Shown: piece after piece, positions 17,456 to 27,239 of the stretch
How the letters are laid out: every line of letters begins with the position of its first letter
Numbering within the stretch: the stretch's first letter is position 1
IMG/VR virus record: IMGVR_UViG_3300020049_013145
Reading direction: 5' to 3' (one strand)
DNA length: 42,406 bases
Source: a virus
Notes under the pieces: model-generated
Seen by the model: only the letters and a program-made list of their open reading frames with translations
Databases searched by the model: none
What the model was told of the DNA's origin: nothing
Made by a program: the position numbers and the translations under genes

Positions 17456-20305
17456 TCATCCCCCTAATTTTCTAAATGGAAACATCCCAGCAGGCGATAC
17501 GGCCAGAACTGAGAGAGGAATCGGATCTACTTGCCTGATGAAGATCCTTCCATTTGAATTCCATTGCCCGTTAATGTTGACATCAACTGTGCCGGTTGCC
17601 AAGGAAACAGGATCTTCGTATCCCTCTTCATCACGAATTTTAACTTCGTTAAACAGGTCTAGATCTATTGCGTCAGAGTCAGGAGCTTTCGCCGCAACCC
17701 AGATGCCACGAGACTTCTCAACATGGATCGTAACCGATTGAACAATCTTCTTCTTATCAGCCAAGGTCTCAGCGTTTGGTGAATCGATATCTAGCGTCTC
17801 AATGTCGCAGGTAATCGGAAGCCCTACGTGGATCACAGCATATGGCCTGTCTAAAGTGACTGATCCATTTGATACGGTATAGACCACGTTTGATGGATTG
17901 TTTGGGCTTGCAACGACATTGCCGTCACCTAAGATCACAACGTCTTTATCTTCCAAGTGCCAAAGTCCTGTCACTTCATCCACTGCCTTGGACCACGATA
18001 GGGTTGCAGCATTGCGAAGTCCTACGGGCACAATCTTATGCGGACTACCCGTCACAACCGTTCCACTTGAGTAGGCTAGGATTGAGAAGCGTATGATATC
18101 CCCATCAATCGTATTGAGAAATACTGCGTTTCCCACGTCAGCTGCAGTGAAGAATGATGTACTTGCGGTCAGAGTCAGAGTTTCAAGGTTGGACCATGTG
18201 GTGCCGCCAGAGAGAGTCATCGTTGTGCCAGACGTGTTTCTGCCATCATAACTGAGGGTGGAATCCCCCCCGACATAGTCCCTAATATCATCCACTCTTC
18301 TTGTCTCAAAGTATTCGATGAATCTTTTAGTTGACCCATCAATCACTCTATTGACCACAGTATAGACCGTATCTTCATCGCCATTAGGAATTGAGGACAC
18401 GTTCTCATACAAGCCGTCCGTATCGTGCCTATGCCAGCCAATGAGCTCCTGCTCACGCACGTAGGTCAAGCCAAGAAGGATGCCGTCATCGCGCACAGAG
18501 TAGGCAATGGAGTGAGGTATTTGTTGATAGGCCCAGTCCATTATCTGGTAGCCGTCAAAGAGATGGGCAGAAAATATTGTGAGATCCGTGCCGGTTGAGC
18601 CCTTGATCTCATCAAAGGTGAAGTCACGCACAATCGATCCACGTGCTTGGATGTATAGCGCATTGGTGCCAATCACGATTGGAGCAACAACACTTGACCC
18701 ATTATAAGACAACTGACGAGGGCTTACTTCACCTGGCTTTAATACGCCTGCAGCATCGCCAAAGATTGCGTGCTCGCCTCCAGTTGTGAGGACTAGCAAC
18801 CTTCCAAGGTCTAGCATGTGGCGCACTTCATTGACCTGACGGCCTGCCATAGTGAAAGTCACAGCGTCATCGTCTTGAATTGGAGCGCTTACGGTGAAGT
18901 TATGGAACATGCCTGATCTTGAGAAATAGATCTTCTCTGGATTAAGGTCAGTGTTCGCAAAGCCCAAACGCTGCTGGTAGTACGTCACAGCAGATGGATA
19001 GTTACCCGTATCGACAAATGGATTTCGGTCAGATGGGGGGGTATCTGTCACGTCAGGGTCATTTCCGATATCTTCAAAGAAATCTGTATCCGCTGTGCCA
19101 AGATATCCAAAAACTCCGTTTACCGCGCGGTAAACATTGTAAGACTTAATCCCAGGGATGCCAACCCAGTGCACTTCGTTTGGATCCGCCGGAGTGCCTA
19201 CTGCAGCATTATCAACTCTGATGTATGTTCCAGCTACAGTTCCTCCTGATACATAAGCAGAGTAACCTGTGCCATCGATTGGCGTTGCAGGGTCATCAAC
19301 ATCAAAGAGCTCGAATGTATTGCCGACTTCATTCTTTATGATGAATTTTCTATCGTTCAATTCATCCATCCCAACGACGCCAGTAATAAAAACTTCGTCA
19401 CCCTCTTGATAGTCTTGGCCAACGGCAGTCACAACAACTGGGCTTGCTTGGGTTGCGGCACTAATTACAAGGCTTGCCTCATAGCCTGGGAGAGACTCTT
19501 CACCAGTCTCTGGATCAATTGCCGTGACTCGCCATTTATAGGTGTTTGCTCCGGCAGTAATAGAAGCATAGTATCCGCCGTTTGGCCTTGCAGTGTCTGG
19601 CACGAACTCAGCAGTCGTCAGCGTCCAGCTCGTATGACCTGTGCGAGAAAGCTCCATTGGTGGATAGCCTGGGTGCACTAGAGTAATAACGTCGGCTGAC
19701 TGAACGAACTGAATGTCGGGGAGATCGCCTTCAGCATATGGCGTTTCAATCTCATACACACGAAGGGCGGTGCCGCCTGATGTATAGGCACCAAACGCTG
19801 TGGAGTTGACGTTTGATCCGTCCATATAATCAAGTTCAAACGTATTCGCTCCACCATTCACGTTTGCGATCTTAAAGTTCCTATTGTTGAGATAGGTGCC
19901 GATTGCACCAACGATACCTGAGACTTGAACTTCCTGACCATTCACTGGATCAGTGCCCGTGTAGGAAACAACAGCGGGGTTGGCGTTCGTGACTCCTGTG
20001 ATCGTAAGTGTAAGGTCGGTGAGTTGCACGCCCTGGCGAATGACCCGCATGTACTCTTCGCCAAACTCAAGCATGTACGTTTGCTCAGCGTTGAACTCAA
20101 AACGAATGAGCCTTACCCTTTTACTTGAGTCCTTTACTTCACAAACAAGTCTTGAGCCTGGGCGACTAGCCGCTCCACCATGCCTCATGAGGATGAAGTT
20201 CCTCATCGTGCGAAGCCCAGTACCATACTTTACCGTATCGCATCTTGCATAGAGCGAAGGGGTAATCTCCCCGCCAGCAAAGCTTCTTTGAGATAGTGTG
20301 GTCAT
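17456..20305 (-). CDS. Tail tubular B / nozzle-like large tail protein (949 aa)
   Basis: Synteny (gp12-like slot). The N-terminus LSQRSFAGGEITPSLYARCDTVKYGTGLRTMRNF is a motif I associate with podovirus nozzle proteins. This was not verified by search. Confidence 0.7.
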   Translation of the reverse strand: MTTLSQRSFAGGEITPSLYARCDTVKYGTGLRTMRNFILMRHGGAASRPGSRLVCEVKDSSKRVRLIRFEFNAEQTYMLEFGEEYMRVIRQGVQLTDLTLTITGVTNANPAVVSYTGTDPVNGQEVQVSGIVGAIGTYLNNRNFKIANVNGGANTFELDYMDGSNVNSTAFGAYTSGGTALRVYEIETPYAEGDLPDIQFVQSADVITLVHPGYPPMELSRTGHTSWTLTTAEFVPDTARPNGGYYASITAGANTYKWRVTAIDPETGEESLPGYEASLVISAATQASPVVVTAVGQDYQEGDEVFITGVVGMDELNDRKFIIKNEVGNTFELFDVDDPATPIDGTGYSAYVSGGTVAGTYIRVDNAAVGTPADPNEVHWVGIPGIKSYNVYRAVNGVFGYLGTADTDFFEDIGNDPDVTDTPPSDRNPFVDTGNYPSAVTYYQQRLGFANTDLNPEKIYFSRSGMFHNFTVSAPIQDDDAVTFTMAGRQVNEVRHMLDLGRLLVLTTGGEHAIFGDAAGVLKPGEVSPRQLSYNGSSVVAPIVIGTNALYIQARGSIVRDFTFDEIKGSTGTDLTIFSAHLFDGYQIMDWAYQQIPHSIAYSVRDDGILLGLTYVREQELIGWHRHDTDGLYENVSSIPNGDEDTVYTVVNRVIDGSTKRFIEYFETRRVDDIRDYVGGDSTLSYDGRNTSGTTMTLSGGTTWSNLETLTLTASTSFFTAADVGNAVFLNTIDGDIIRFSILAYSSGTVVTGSPHKIVPVGLRNAATLSWSKAVDEVTGLWHLEDKDVVILGDGNVVASPNNPSNVVYTVSNGSVTLDRPYAVIHVGLPITCDIETLDIDSPNAETLADKKKIVQSVTIHVEKSRGIWVAAKAPDSDAIDLDLFNEVKIRDEEGYEDPVSLATGTVDVNINGQWNSNGRIFIRQVDPIPLSVLAVSPAGMFPFRKLGG

Positions 20306-20308
20306 CTA

Positions 20309-20911
20309 TTATCTCGACCTTGTAAATTCTGATTCAGGTTCTTCATCAACCTGCTCTTCGTTCTTAGAGTTAGCGCGCGCCATGCCAATCTCCATCTGGT
20401 AGGCCTGGTATGCTCGAGCGCCAAGCTTGAATGGATCCCCGCCAGTAAGGGCTGGTGCAATGTATGAAGCAAGTCTAAAAGATACGGCCATCATGAAGTC
20501 CGTAGGATAACGATTGGTGTCAGAGACGTAGACTACGTACTCAGCTTGAGCTTCATTTTGATCCGTGTAGATCAGCGTCCCCGCATCCCCATGTCCAACT
20601 AAATACGGCACCCTGGACTGCCTTGTGTCGTTTCTCGTGGCACTCAAGATCCTTTTAAAGAATAGGCAATCCGATGGCATCTGATACGAGTAAGCCCACT
20701 CTTCAGTAGGGTCCTCTTCGATTAGCGCAAGCGTTACAAACTTCCTGGCAAACGGCCAGTAGCCATCACGAAGTGTGGCCTTAACTGATTGTTCGTAGAA
20801 TATCCTGCACTTCTGTGCCTCAGCACTGTGCTCAGTCGTAAGATTGCCAATGACCTTGGCTATCCCAAGATGCGAGATGGCAAGGTTACTAATCTCAGTA
20901 GGAGATGCCAT
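20309..20911 (-). CDS. Tail tubular A / adaptor-like protein (200 aa)
   Basis: Size and position match the gp11-like slot immediately upstream of the nozzle gene. Confidence 0.6.
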   Translation of the reverse strand: MASPTEISNLAISHLGIAKVIGNLTTEHSAEAQKCRIFYEQSVKATLRDGYWPFARKFVTLALIEEDPTEEWAYSYQMPSDCLFFKRILSATRNDTRQSRVPYLVGHGDAGTLIYTDQNEAQAEYVVYVSDTNRYPTDFMMAVSFRLASYIAPALTGGDPFKLGARAYQAYQMEIGMARANSKNEEQVDEEPESEFTRSR

Positions 20912-20920
20912 AGGTCACCT

Positions 20921-21340
20921 CTAGTTAGATTGCTTCTTTAGCCAAAGAGTTACGTTGTACGTATCTCCAGACGTGTGTCCAGAGGTTGTAAACAAGATAT
21001 CGCCAGTTCCACCAGTAGAGCGTGGATCTTTAAGCTGACCGCCAAATACACCTGGAACTGCTGGAGGCCTTGAGAAATCAAGGTCCCCCATTCCAGAAAG
21101 AGCAAGTGCTAGGTCATCTGTTGTGTGGTCATAGAGCACACGGACCTGCATGCCATCCGTATTCCACTGCACCTTCTCAATATCCAAAGAAGCAGGCTCT
21201 GCGCCATCTGGTGCAAGGTAGGTAGATTTATCGACCTTAATCACAGCTGCCTCACCAGTGCCATCTGAGATGTTGGTGAAGTGAAGAACTAGGTGACTTG
21301 CTGTTTCCGATATGACTCGTGTTGCTACTGCATCTGCCAT
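20921..21340 (-). CDS. Hypothetical structural-module protein (139 aa)
   Basis: ATG 21340 is preceded by GGGGGA. The ORF track begins at a TTG at 21352. Confidence 0.65.
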   Translation of the reverse strand: MADAVATRVISETASHLVLHFTNISDGTGEAAVIKVDKSTYLAPDGAEPASLDIEKVQWNTDGMQVRVLYDHTTDDLALALSGMGDLDFSRPPAVPGVFGGQLKDPRSTGGTGDILFTTSGHTSGDTYNVTLWLKKQSN

Positions 21341-21359
21341 TTGATCCCCCAATGAGAAC

Positions 21360-21388
21360 GGGGGCCAGAAAAGTTATCCCTGGCCCCC
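21360..21388 (-). terminator. Strong stem-loop (GGGGGCCAG-11 nt-CTGGCCCCC), possibly an attenuator or RNA-stability element
   Basis: Perfect 9-bp GC-rich stem in the 42-nt gap after the capsid-proximal genes. There is no clean U-tract, and the RBS of the next gene follows directly. Confidence 0.4.
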
Positions 21389-21394
21389 AGATAC

Positions 21395-21628
21395 TCAGAT
21401 GACTTCCTCGTTACCTGACGACATGTGCTTTCCGTGCTTGTGCTTTCCATGGCCTTTGGCCTTGTGCTCATGCACTTCTTCACCAGACACTTCAGCTTCC
21501 TCTTCGTCTTCAGAGAGAACCTTCATCCATATTTTAGATGGAATCACGCCCTTCTTAATTTCGAAAATCTCGCCTACACGCCTTCTTTTGTGATCGTAGT
21601 AACCAAGTTTAATCGCCTGTACTTTCAT
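21395..21628 (-). CDS. Hypothetical protein (77 aa) with an acidic and His/Lys-rich tail
   Basis: ORF track. The opposite-strand ORFs here are shadows. Confidence 0.6.
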   Translation of the reverse strand: MKVQAIKLGYYDHKRRRVGEIFEIKKGVIPSKIWMKVLSEDEEEAEVSGEEVHEHKAKGHGKHKHGKHMSSGNEEVI

Positions 21629-21640
21629 GAAACTAACTCC

Positions 21641-22075
21641 TTATGAGATCGTGATTGCATCAGCAAACGCAGTGTACTTCTGTACATCTGTCGTGATGAA
21701 TGCGGTGAATGCTCCGCCAGTTAAGTTAGCGCCAGCTGGTGTGTACTTAAGCTGGATATAACGATACTGTAGTGGGTCCTCACCTGGTGTAAGTCTTGCA
21801 ATCTTCATCGTTCCTGCAACAGCATCCTTTGCAAACGAAAACAAAGTTCTAGTTCCATCGGGTGTGAAGGTAGTGGTCGAGTCACCCTCTAATGCCACTG
21901 CGGTGCTGGTGTTACTTCCACCGTCAGTCAAGGTTGTCGAGACCACGACTACGATGTAAAGCGGTTCGCCTGTGCCGATATCGCGCACAGAAGCCAAGTC
22001 AATTGAGCTCGTCGAAGCAGCTGCTGCAGTAACAGCTTGCTGATTCGAGAATAGATTCAATGCATCTACGTACAT
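21641..22075 (-). CDS. Head decoration / cement protein candidate (144 aa)
   Basis: Immediately downstream of the capsid gene. Beta-rich T/S/A composition. The N-terminus MYVDALNLFSNQQAVTAAAASTSSIDL...RDIGTGEPLY resembles Bbp16-type proteins as I recall them. Confidence 0.55.
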   Translation of the reverse strand: MYVDALNLFSNQQAVTAAAASTSSIDLASVRDIGTGEPLYIVVVVSTTLTDGGSNTSTAVALEGDSTTTFTPDGTRTLFSFAKDAVAGTMKIARLTPGEDPLQYRYIQLKYTPAGANLTGGAFTAFITTDVQKYTAFADAITIS

Positions 22076-22100
22076 ATTATTTCTCCTTATTCTATCTTAG

Positions 22101-23099
22101 TTAAGACGTTGGAATTCCAGTTTCGCTCTCAACAAGAGAGTCGCAAACACGGATTGGGATTCCACGGAACGCAGGTACGATCTTTCCGTCCACGTTGTCG
22201 TAGGTCAATCCGCCGCCAGCCGATACGTCAGCCCGTCTCAAGAGATCCAGACGTTGACGTACAGTGCGGTTCATATAGAACGCGCACTTGCCCATGCCTG
22301 GATTCAAGATGCGGTGATACATCTTAGTCATAATGTCGATGTAGTCAGCGTTGTCACTGGATAGATCGATGTTCGGAGCGCGGACAACGTATCTCCAGTC
22401 ACGGAGAGCGATGCCAGTCTTCCAAGTCCACTGATCTTGGAATGCGCGCATACGCGTTCCAGCAATACCAGCAGTCGTTTCAACAGTGACTTCGCCGTGA
22501 TCTGCATGCTCAAGGCCTGCCTTAGATCCTTTAGGGAAGATACCGTGAATGGTGTTTGCACCCCAACAGATGAGCCAGATGGACATGGTGTCCGTTGCTC
22601 CACTAGAACCGCCGCCTAATACGATGTTCTGACCGTTTGCTGCAGTGACCGAAGAGTATCTGACAGACAATCCAGTGAACTCTTCAGGCGAGATACTTGA
22701 GTTACCGTAGAACAAGGTCGATGCCATCTCTTGGTTCATTGCCTCAAGAAATGCATAGCCTTCAGACAAACGAAACTCAGCGGAATTACCATTGAGTTTT
22801 GCAAGTTCTACGTCAACTTCAGACCATGCTTCAAGCATGCCGCAAGCTTCATCAACTTGAGCGGTCGTGCTCTTAGAAGGTTGAACACCTTGGTTAATCA
22901 AGCGCCACGCTACAGCTGGTAGTCCTGTGCGCACAGTTGTTCTGTGACCAGTAGGAAGGTTACCTTCCATGAAGAGCATGTCTTGAAGAACTTCGTTGGT
23001 TTGCGACAAGAGTTCTACGATGCTTGGAACCTTACCATCTGGATCAAGACGCTTTGCCCAATCTGTAAGCGTCAATGCGTTTGCATTTAATAATGCCAT
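22101..23099 (-). CDS. Major capsid protein (332 aa, HK97-fold type inferred)
   Basis: Position after the scaffold gene, size, and high-expression context with a strong hairpin downstream. Confidence 0.8.
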   Translation of the reverse strand: MALLNANALTLTDWAKRLDPDGKVPSIVELLSQTNEVLQDMLFMEGNLPTGHRTTVRTGLPAVAWRLINQGVQPSKSTTAQVDEACGMLEAWSEVDVELAKLNGNSAEFRLSEGYAFLEAMNQEMASTLFYGNSSISPEEFTGLSVRYSSVTAANGQNIVLGGGSSGATDTMSIWLICWGANTIHGIFPKGSKAGLEHADHGEVTVETTAGIAGTRMRAFQDQWTWKTGIALRDWRYVVRAPNIDLSSDNADYIDIMTKMYHRILNPGMGKCAFYMNRTVRQRLDLLRRADVSAGGGLTYDNVDGKIVPAFRGIPIRVCDSLVESETGIPTS

Positions 23100-23111
23100 T
23101 TTTCTGCCCCT

Positions 23112-23768
23112 TTATTTATTAGTTGTTGAACCATAGAAGACATCAGCCATACTTTTCTGCCCCGATCCCTGTACTGCCCCTGGCATAACAAGCTGGTCTT
23201 CTGTCATCATCTTTCCTATTTTTGAAAACACGCGGATTAGTTCAGGGTGATTGCCGAATCCTGTGTTGTTCAGTTCCTCCATCAGTTTGGGTGAGCCGTA
23301 CTTAGCCAGCACTCGGTGAGAGATCTCGACGTTTTTATTGAACGCCTCTCCACCAATCTCTGGATCAGCTTTAGCCATCGCTGGCCACTCAACATCAGCC
23401 TGATGCTTTAACTTCTGCGTTGCCCCTTCCATGTAAGCGGCGACTGCGCCGGTCTCACGATCCAGATGCGCTTGCGCTTGTTCGTTTGAAAGCTTGTGCT
23501 CTTTTGCATAGGCAGTAACCTTCTCAACGTACGCGGCATCCAGAAGCGAGCCCTCTTTAAGCTTTAGGTCATACTTCTCAGGCACAACCGTTTGCCCTTC
23601 AGCAGGGTTCTTACTTTCCTGGGTTTTATCTGCCACTTCCTTTGAGGCAGGAGCTGCTTCGACTTGCGCCGATTGAGCCTCTACCTTTGTTTCTGTGGCC
23701 GATACTTGTGCGGATGCTTCAGCTTTCGGTTGTTCCTGTGCTGGTGCTTTCGCTAATTCTGTAGACAT
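23112..23768 (-). CDS. Scaffolding protein candidate (218 aa)
   Basis: Between the portal and capsid genes. Low-complexity A/E/K/Q N-terminus followed by a helical body. Confidence 0.65.
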   Translation of the reverse strand: MSTELAKAPAQEQPKAEASAQVSATETKVEAQSAQVEAAPASKEVADKTQESKNPAEGQTVVPEKYDLKLKEGSLLDAAYVEKVTAYAKEHKLSNEQAQAHLDRETGAVAAYMEGATQKLKHQADVEWPAMAKADPEIGGEAFNKNVEISHRVLAKYGSPKLMEELNNTGFGNHPELIRVFSKIGKMMTEDQLVMPGAVQGSGQKSMADVFYGSTTNK

Positions 23769-23770
23769 CT

Positions 23771-24079
23771 TTAATTCTCCTTAGATTCTTTCATCATGGT
23801 TAAATAAGATTCTGGGCTTGCGTCATTCACATCAGAGAGCATCATGAGCCCTACGTTTCTCATCCCCTCGTTGAACGAAGTGATTGATCCGCTATGGTTG
23901 AATGTGGACTGAAATACTTTGCAATGAGTTAAGTAGCGCCATACGAACCTTCGGCCTTGAGGCATAGAAAGAATTGCCCTCATGTCGTTAAGCTCTTGCA
24001 TGCGAAGATCCTTGATCTTAGAGCCTGCCTCTTTGACCTGGGATTCGTTTGCTGCATTGGTGACTAGTGGCTTACTCAT
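23771..24079 (-). CDS. Hypothetical head-module protein (102 aa)
   Basis: ORF track, tight spacing within the operon. Confidence 0.6.
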   Translation of the reverse strand: MSKPLVTNAANESQVKEAGSKIKDLRMQELNDMRAILSMPQGRRFVWRYLTHCKVFQSTFNHSGSITSFNEGMRNVGLMMLSDVNDASPESYLTMMKESKEN

Positions 24080-24088
24080 GCTCCCCTT

Positions 24089-25822
24089 TTAAGAACCAGC
24101 GCCTGCGTTGGCCTGATCAATGATTCTAGTTAGTGCGTTGTCGCCATCCATGTTTGCTTGACTTAAATCTTTTGCAGCACCTGCTCCGGTCTTGATCATC
24201 TCTGCCTTTTGTTGGGCAGCTTGAGCTTCGGCCTGTTGTTGTCTCATTGCTTGAACGTCTTCATCGGATCTAACAATCTTTGGCGAGATGCCACATGCAT
24301 CCCCGTACTCATCAACCATCTGATCCGTATCAACCTTATCCATGACAGCTGGTGATGCAGCGGCAAGCTGACCTACAAAGCCTGCAAAGCGCTCAATGCC
24401 TGCAAGGCCAACAAGCTTCTGAGCCTGGGCCATGACTGAGATGTATTCGATCTTGAGTGACACACCCTGAAGCTCTTCTGGTGGAGGAGGCAAGAGTCCT
24501 TGCCTATTCATAATGTCGTAGGTGATGTCGATTGCTGGATCAAGCACGTCAAGCCCAAGCTGCTCAAGCACAGGGCCAAGGGCCAAGAGCTTCTCTTCAT
24601 GGCGTTCATCGATCTCGCGAGCCGTGATGTTTGAACGTGTGTCATTGGCAAGCATAAGAAAGAGATCTTCGTAGAATGCTTTTTGAATTCTCTGTCTAAT
24701 CTGTTGCTGCTTCTGTTCAAGTAGGTCAAGACGAAGGTCAACGATGTGAGCTGGTCTAAAGCCTTGGTTACCTTCACGCACATCAACGTAGTTAATGTCA
24801 CCAGGCAAGATCGAGCTCTTGGAATTCATCATAGAAGTAGGAGCAACCATTGGGGGGTTGATCATCTTCTCAAGGGCTTGGCCTCCGCGACGTTCACCAG
24901 TTTGAAGCTGGCGAATATCGCCAAGCGCTACCATCCCTGGGCAACTAGTCCCGTATGTATCCTCACCTGTGACTTCCCACCTTGGTGCAAGAATGGGGAA
25001 GTAATCGTATCCAGATTGGCGAAGATACTTATCCATATAATCGTCGCCAACACTTGCGGCACTACCGCTACCAGACTCGTAGTAGCAGCTCTCAAACTTC
25101 TTGTATTTTGAATGAAGTTTATTCGGATCATAGTCTTCATTGGGACAGATGATATGACGCACGTCAATCCATTGTTCGTAGTCACCACGCTCATAGAGGT
25201 TCTTGACCGTAAGACTAAAGATAGACCAATCGATTGTTCCAGTGGTCATGTCCTTCTTGCCGAACTGCTGGATGAGTTGGCGTACGGTCATCTTAAAGTC
25301 ACGAGAGAACGTGTTGACCCTACCCATATAGTCTTTGGCTATGCGGTAAGAACCAATGGGAAAGGATGTGCAGTGGATCACGCTTCCATTGAACGACTCT
25401 TCAATCGACATGGCAGCGGTGCCGAACACGCCAAGGTCACCATAGAGAGTGGGGAAGATGTTATAGATATTGGAGCGCAAAAAAACATTATTCATGCGCT
25501 GAGTTACGTCATGGAGATAGACCTTCACGTTGTTTGATTCGGAAAGATCTGGATCAGGGGTAGTGAGCCTGAACCATGGTCTAGCAGGTGAGGTCACACC
25601 ACTCATCATACCGGCCTGAAGAGTGCGTGCAGCAAGGGTTGCAGTTGAATCAATGATCTTCTGGTTCCTGCGATCGCCACGGTTAACGTCAGATGTGTTG
25701 AAGCGTGAGCGCCTTGGCAAGATAAAGTCCGATAGATCACCCCAATGAGTGCGGAAGGAACTTGCCTCAAGCTCAAGCTGAGCCCTTAGGATCTCATACT
25801 TCTGTCTCTTTGTTTCTTTCAC
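24089..25822 (-). CDS. Portal (head-to-tail connector) protein, T7 gp8-like
   Basis: 577 aa. The N-terminal pattern WGDLSDFILPRRSRF...NQKIIDSTATLAARTLQAGMMSGVTSPARPWFRL is typical of podovirus connector proteins. Confidence 0.85.
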   Translation of the reverse strand: MKETKRQKYEILRAQLELEASSFRTHWGDLSDFILPRRSRFNTSDVNRGDRRNQKIIDSTATLAARTLQAGMMSGVTSPARPWFRLTTPDPDLSESNNVKVYLHDVTQRMNNVFLRSNIYNIFPTLYGDLGVFGTAAMSIEESFNGSVIHCTSFPIGSYRIAKDYMGRVNTFSRDFKMTVRQLIQQFGKKDMTTGTIDWSIFSLTVKNLYERGDYEQWIDVRHIICPNEDYDPNKLHSKYKKFESCYYESGSGSAASVGDDYMDKYLRQSGYDYFPILAPRWEVTGEDTYGTSCPGMVALGDIRQLQTGERRGGQALEKMINPPMVAPTSMMNSKSSILPGDINYVDVREGNQGFRPAHIVDLRLDLLEQKQQQIRQRIQKAFYEDLFLMLANDTRSNITAREIDERHEEKLLALGPVLEQLGLDVLDPAIDITYDIMNRQGLLPPPPEELQGVSLKIEYISVMAQAQKLVGLAGIERFAGFVGQLAAASPAVMDKVDTDQMVDEYGDACGISPKIVRSDEDVQAMRQQQAEAQAAQQKAEMIKTGAGAAKDLSQANMDGDNALTRIIDQANAGAGS

Positions 25823-26154
25823 TGTCCTAGTAACGTCTTTCCGCCGGTCTGAGGAGCTGCGGCGTCGCCTGTAATTCCAAGCGGTGAAGTTAAGATGGTG
25901 CTACTGCGACCTTGATTGTTTGCGGCGGCAAGCCTTGTGCGTTTACCAGCTGCATCTCGTGCGGCTTGAGTGGCGGCCAAGCTCTCCTCGTTTGCAGCAC
26001 GAGCCTTAGCATCGTCTTCAAGCTTCTTCTGTCTAGACTCTTGCTGCTCGATATTAGCTTTAGCTGCATCCTTTTGCTTATTGGATTGGTTGATCGAATA
26101 AGCCGTAGAGCCAGCCGCAACGGCAACCGTTGCGATAGCTGCGGTGATCCCCAT
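25819..26154 (-). CDS. Hypothetical membrane/coiled-coil protein (111 aa)
   Basis: N-terminal hydrophobic helix (ITAAIATVAVAAGSTAY) followed by a charged coiled segment. ATGA overlap with the portal gene. Confidence 0.6.
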   Translation of the reverse strand: MGITAAIATVAVAAGSTAYSINQSNKQKDAAKANIEQQESRQKKLEDDAKARAANEESLAATQAARDAAGKRTRLAAANNQGRSSTILTSPLGITGDAAAPQTGGKTLLGQ

Positions 26155-26155
26155 T

Positions 26156-26602
26156 TTAATCTAGCCTCCGTGCATAAATGTAATCAACGAGCTCGTATCC
26201 CATGCGCTCAAGTAACGGACCGAAGTTATGAGCTGCCTTCACGTGGTGATAGACGGCCTGAACTCCTTCTTCAGCCAGCGCCTCATCACACCATTTGATC
26301 AATCGTCCACCTGCACCTCTGTGGTTTGGATGGATAAATAGAATGTCTTGGACTGCTTGCAGTGAGTCTTTGTAATGGATGTTGTGGTTGATGAAGAAGA
26401 CGGAATAACCAACAAGAGAGTCGTCTTCAGATCTTGCGGTGAACACACGTAGCATTCCAGCATCCTGCATCATGAGGTATCTATCGTAGTCTGGATTGAG
26501 AGGGATGTCCTGATAGTGAGCAATCTGCTTATAGTGGATATCAAAGAGAGGAATCATCTCAGACATCAACTCACGTGTTGCTACCTCAAGTGAGTACTTC
26601 AT
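26156..26602 (-). CDS. GNAT-family N-acetyltransferase
   Basis: Motif A-like IHPNHRGAGGRLIKWCDEALAEEG. 148 aa. Confidence 0.7.
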   Translation of the reverse strand: MKYSLEVATRELMSEMIPLFDIHYKQIAHYQDIPLNPDYDRYLMMQDAGMLRVFTARSEDDSLVGYSVFFINHNIHYKDSLQAVQDILFIHPNHRGAGGRLIKWCDEALAEEGVQAVYHHVKAAHNFGPLLERMGYELVDYIYARRLD

Positions 26603-27195
26603 CGCTCCACCCTGAACTCTGGTGCCACAGCATCAATGATCAAATGAATTCGTGGAGCATCGCTGTGGTTTGCAACGTAGTGTGGTGCCTTGTGGTTGAA
26701 CCACCATGCATCACCTGGTGCCATGTGAACGAACTCTCCGCCATGATCACTTAGTTTTGAGTAGAAAATGTTTTGGTCTTTTGATTCAAGACAGATATGA
26801 AAGCGCTCATAGTAATCAGCATAGGCACCTTGATCTTCGTGAGGAGAGATCTCTCCACCAGGCTTAAGGTTGACAATCAGCACACGCCCAAGTTCGGTAG
26901 ATCCTACCGATGCTAGCAAACCTGAGATCAGTTCCTTTGCCTCTGGAAGTAGCTCAATTGCCGGATAATCGACGGCGGGTATCTCAGTGAATACGGCATC
27001 AACAGTCTGGGTTTTACACCAGCGCAAGAAGATGGATTCGGTGTCGATATGAGGAGAGCCTGTGGTCGTTTGTCGTGCGGTGATTTCACTCCACAACTCT
27101 GGTTTTGCCTGAATGGACTTGAGTAGAGGTTCTACATTTAATCCAGTGGCCAAGAGTTGGAAGTTTTCAAACATGCCTATTATTATCGAGCCCAC
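26599..27195 (-). CDS. Aspartyl/asparaginyl beta-hydroxylase-like cupin (2OG/Fe(II) oxygenase superfamily)
   Basis: LKPGGEISPHED ... WWFNHKAPHYVANHSDAPRIHLIID matches the His-x-Asp...His cupin pattern of this family. Confidence 0.7.
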   Translation of the reverse strand: MGSIIIGMFENFQLLATGLNVEPLLKSIQAKPELWSEITARQTTTGSPHIDTESIFLRWCKTQTVDAVFTEIPAVDYPAIELLPEAKELISGLLASVGSTELGRVLIVNLKPGGEISPHEDQGAYADYYERFHICLESKDQNIFYSKLSDHGGEFVHMAPGDAWWFNHKAPHYVANHSDAPRIHLIIDAVAPEFRVER

Positions 27196-27239
27196 TATCC
27201 CTAATCGTCAACTCAAGGATTTTCGCAACACGCGTAGCG

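Noticed and set aside
24508-25537. ORFs 24508-24801, 24746-25111, 24928-25194 and 25112-25537 within the portal gene, and 25890-26126 / 25912-26298 around the next genes.
   Set aside because: They are nested in or antisense to well-supported CDSs (portal, membrane protein, GNAT) and have no independent signals.
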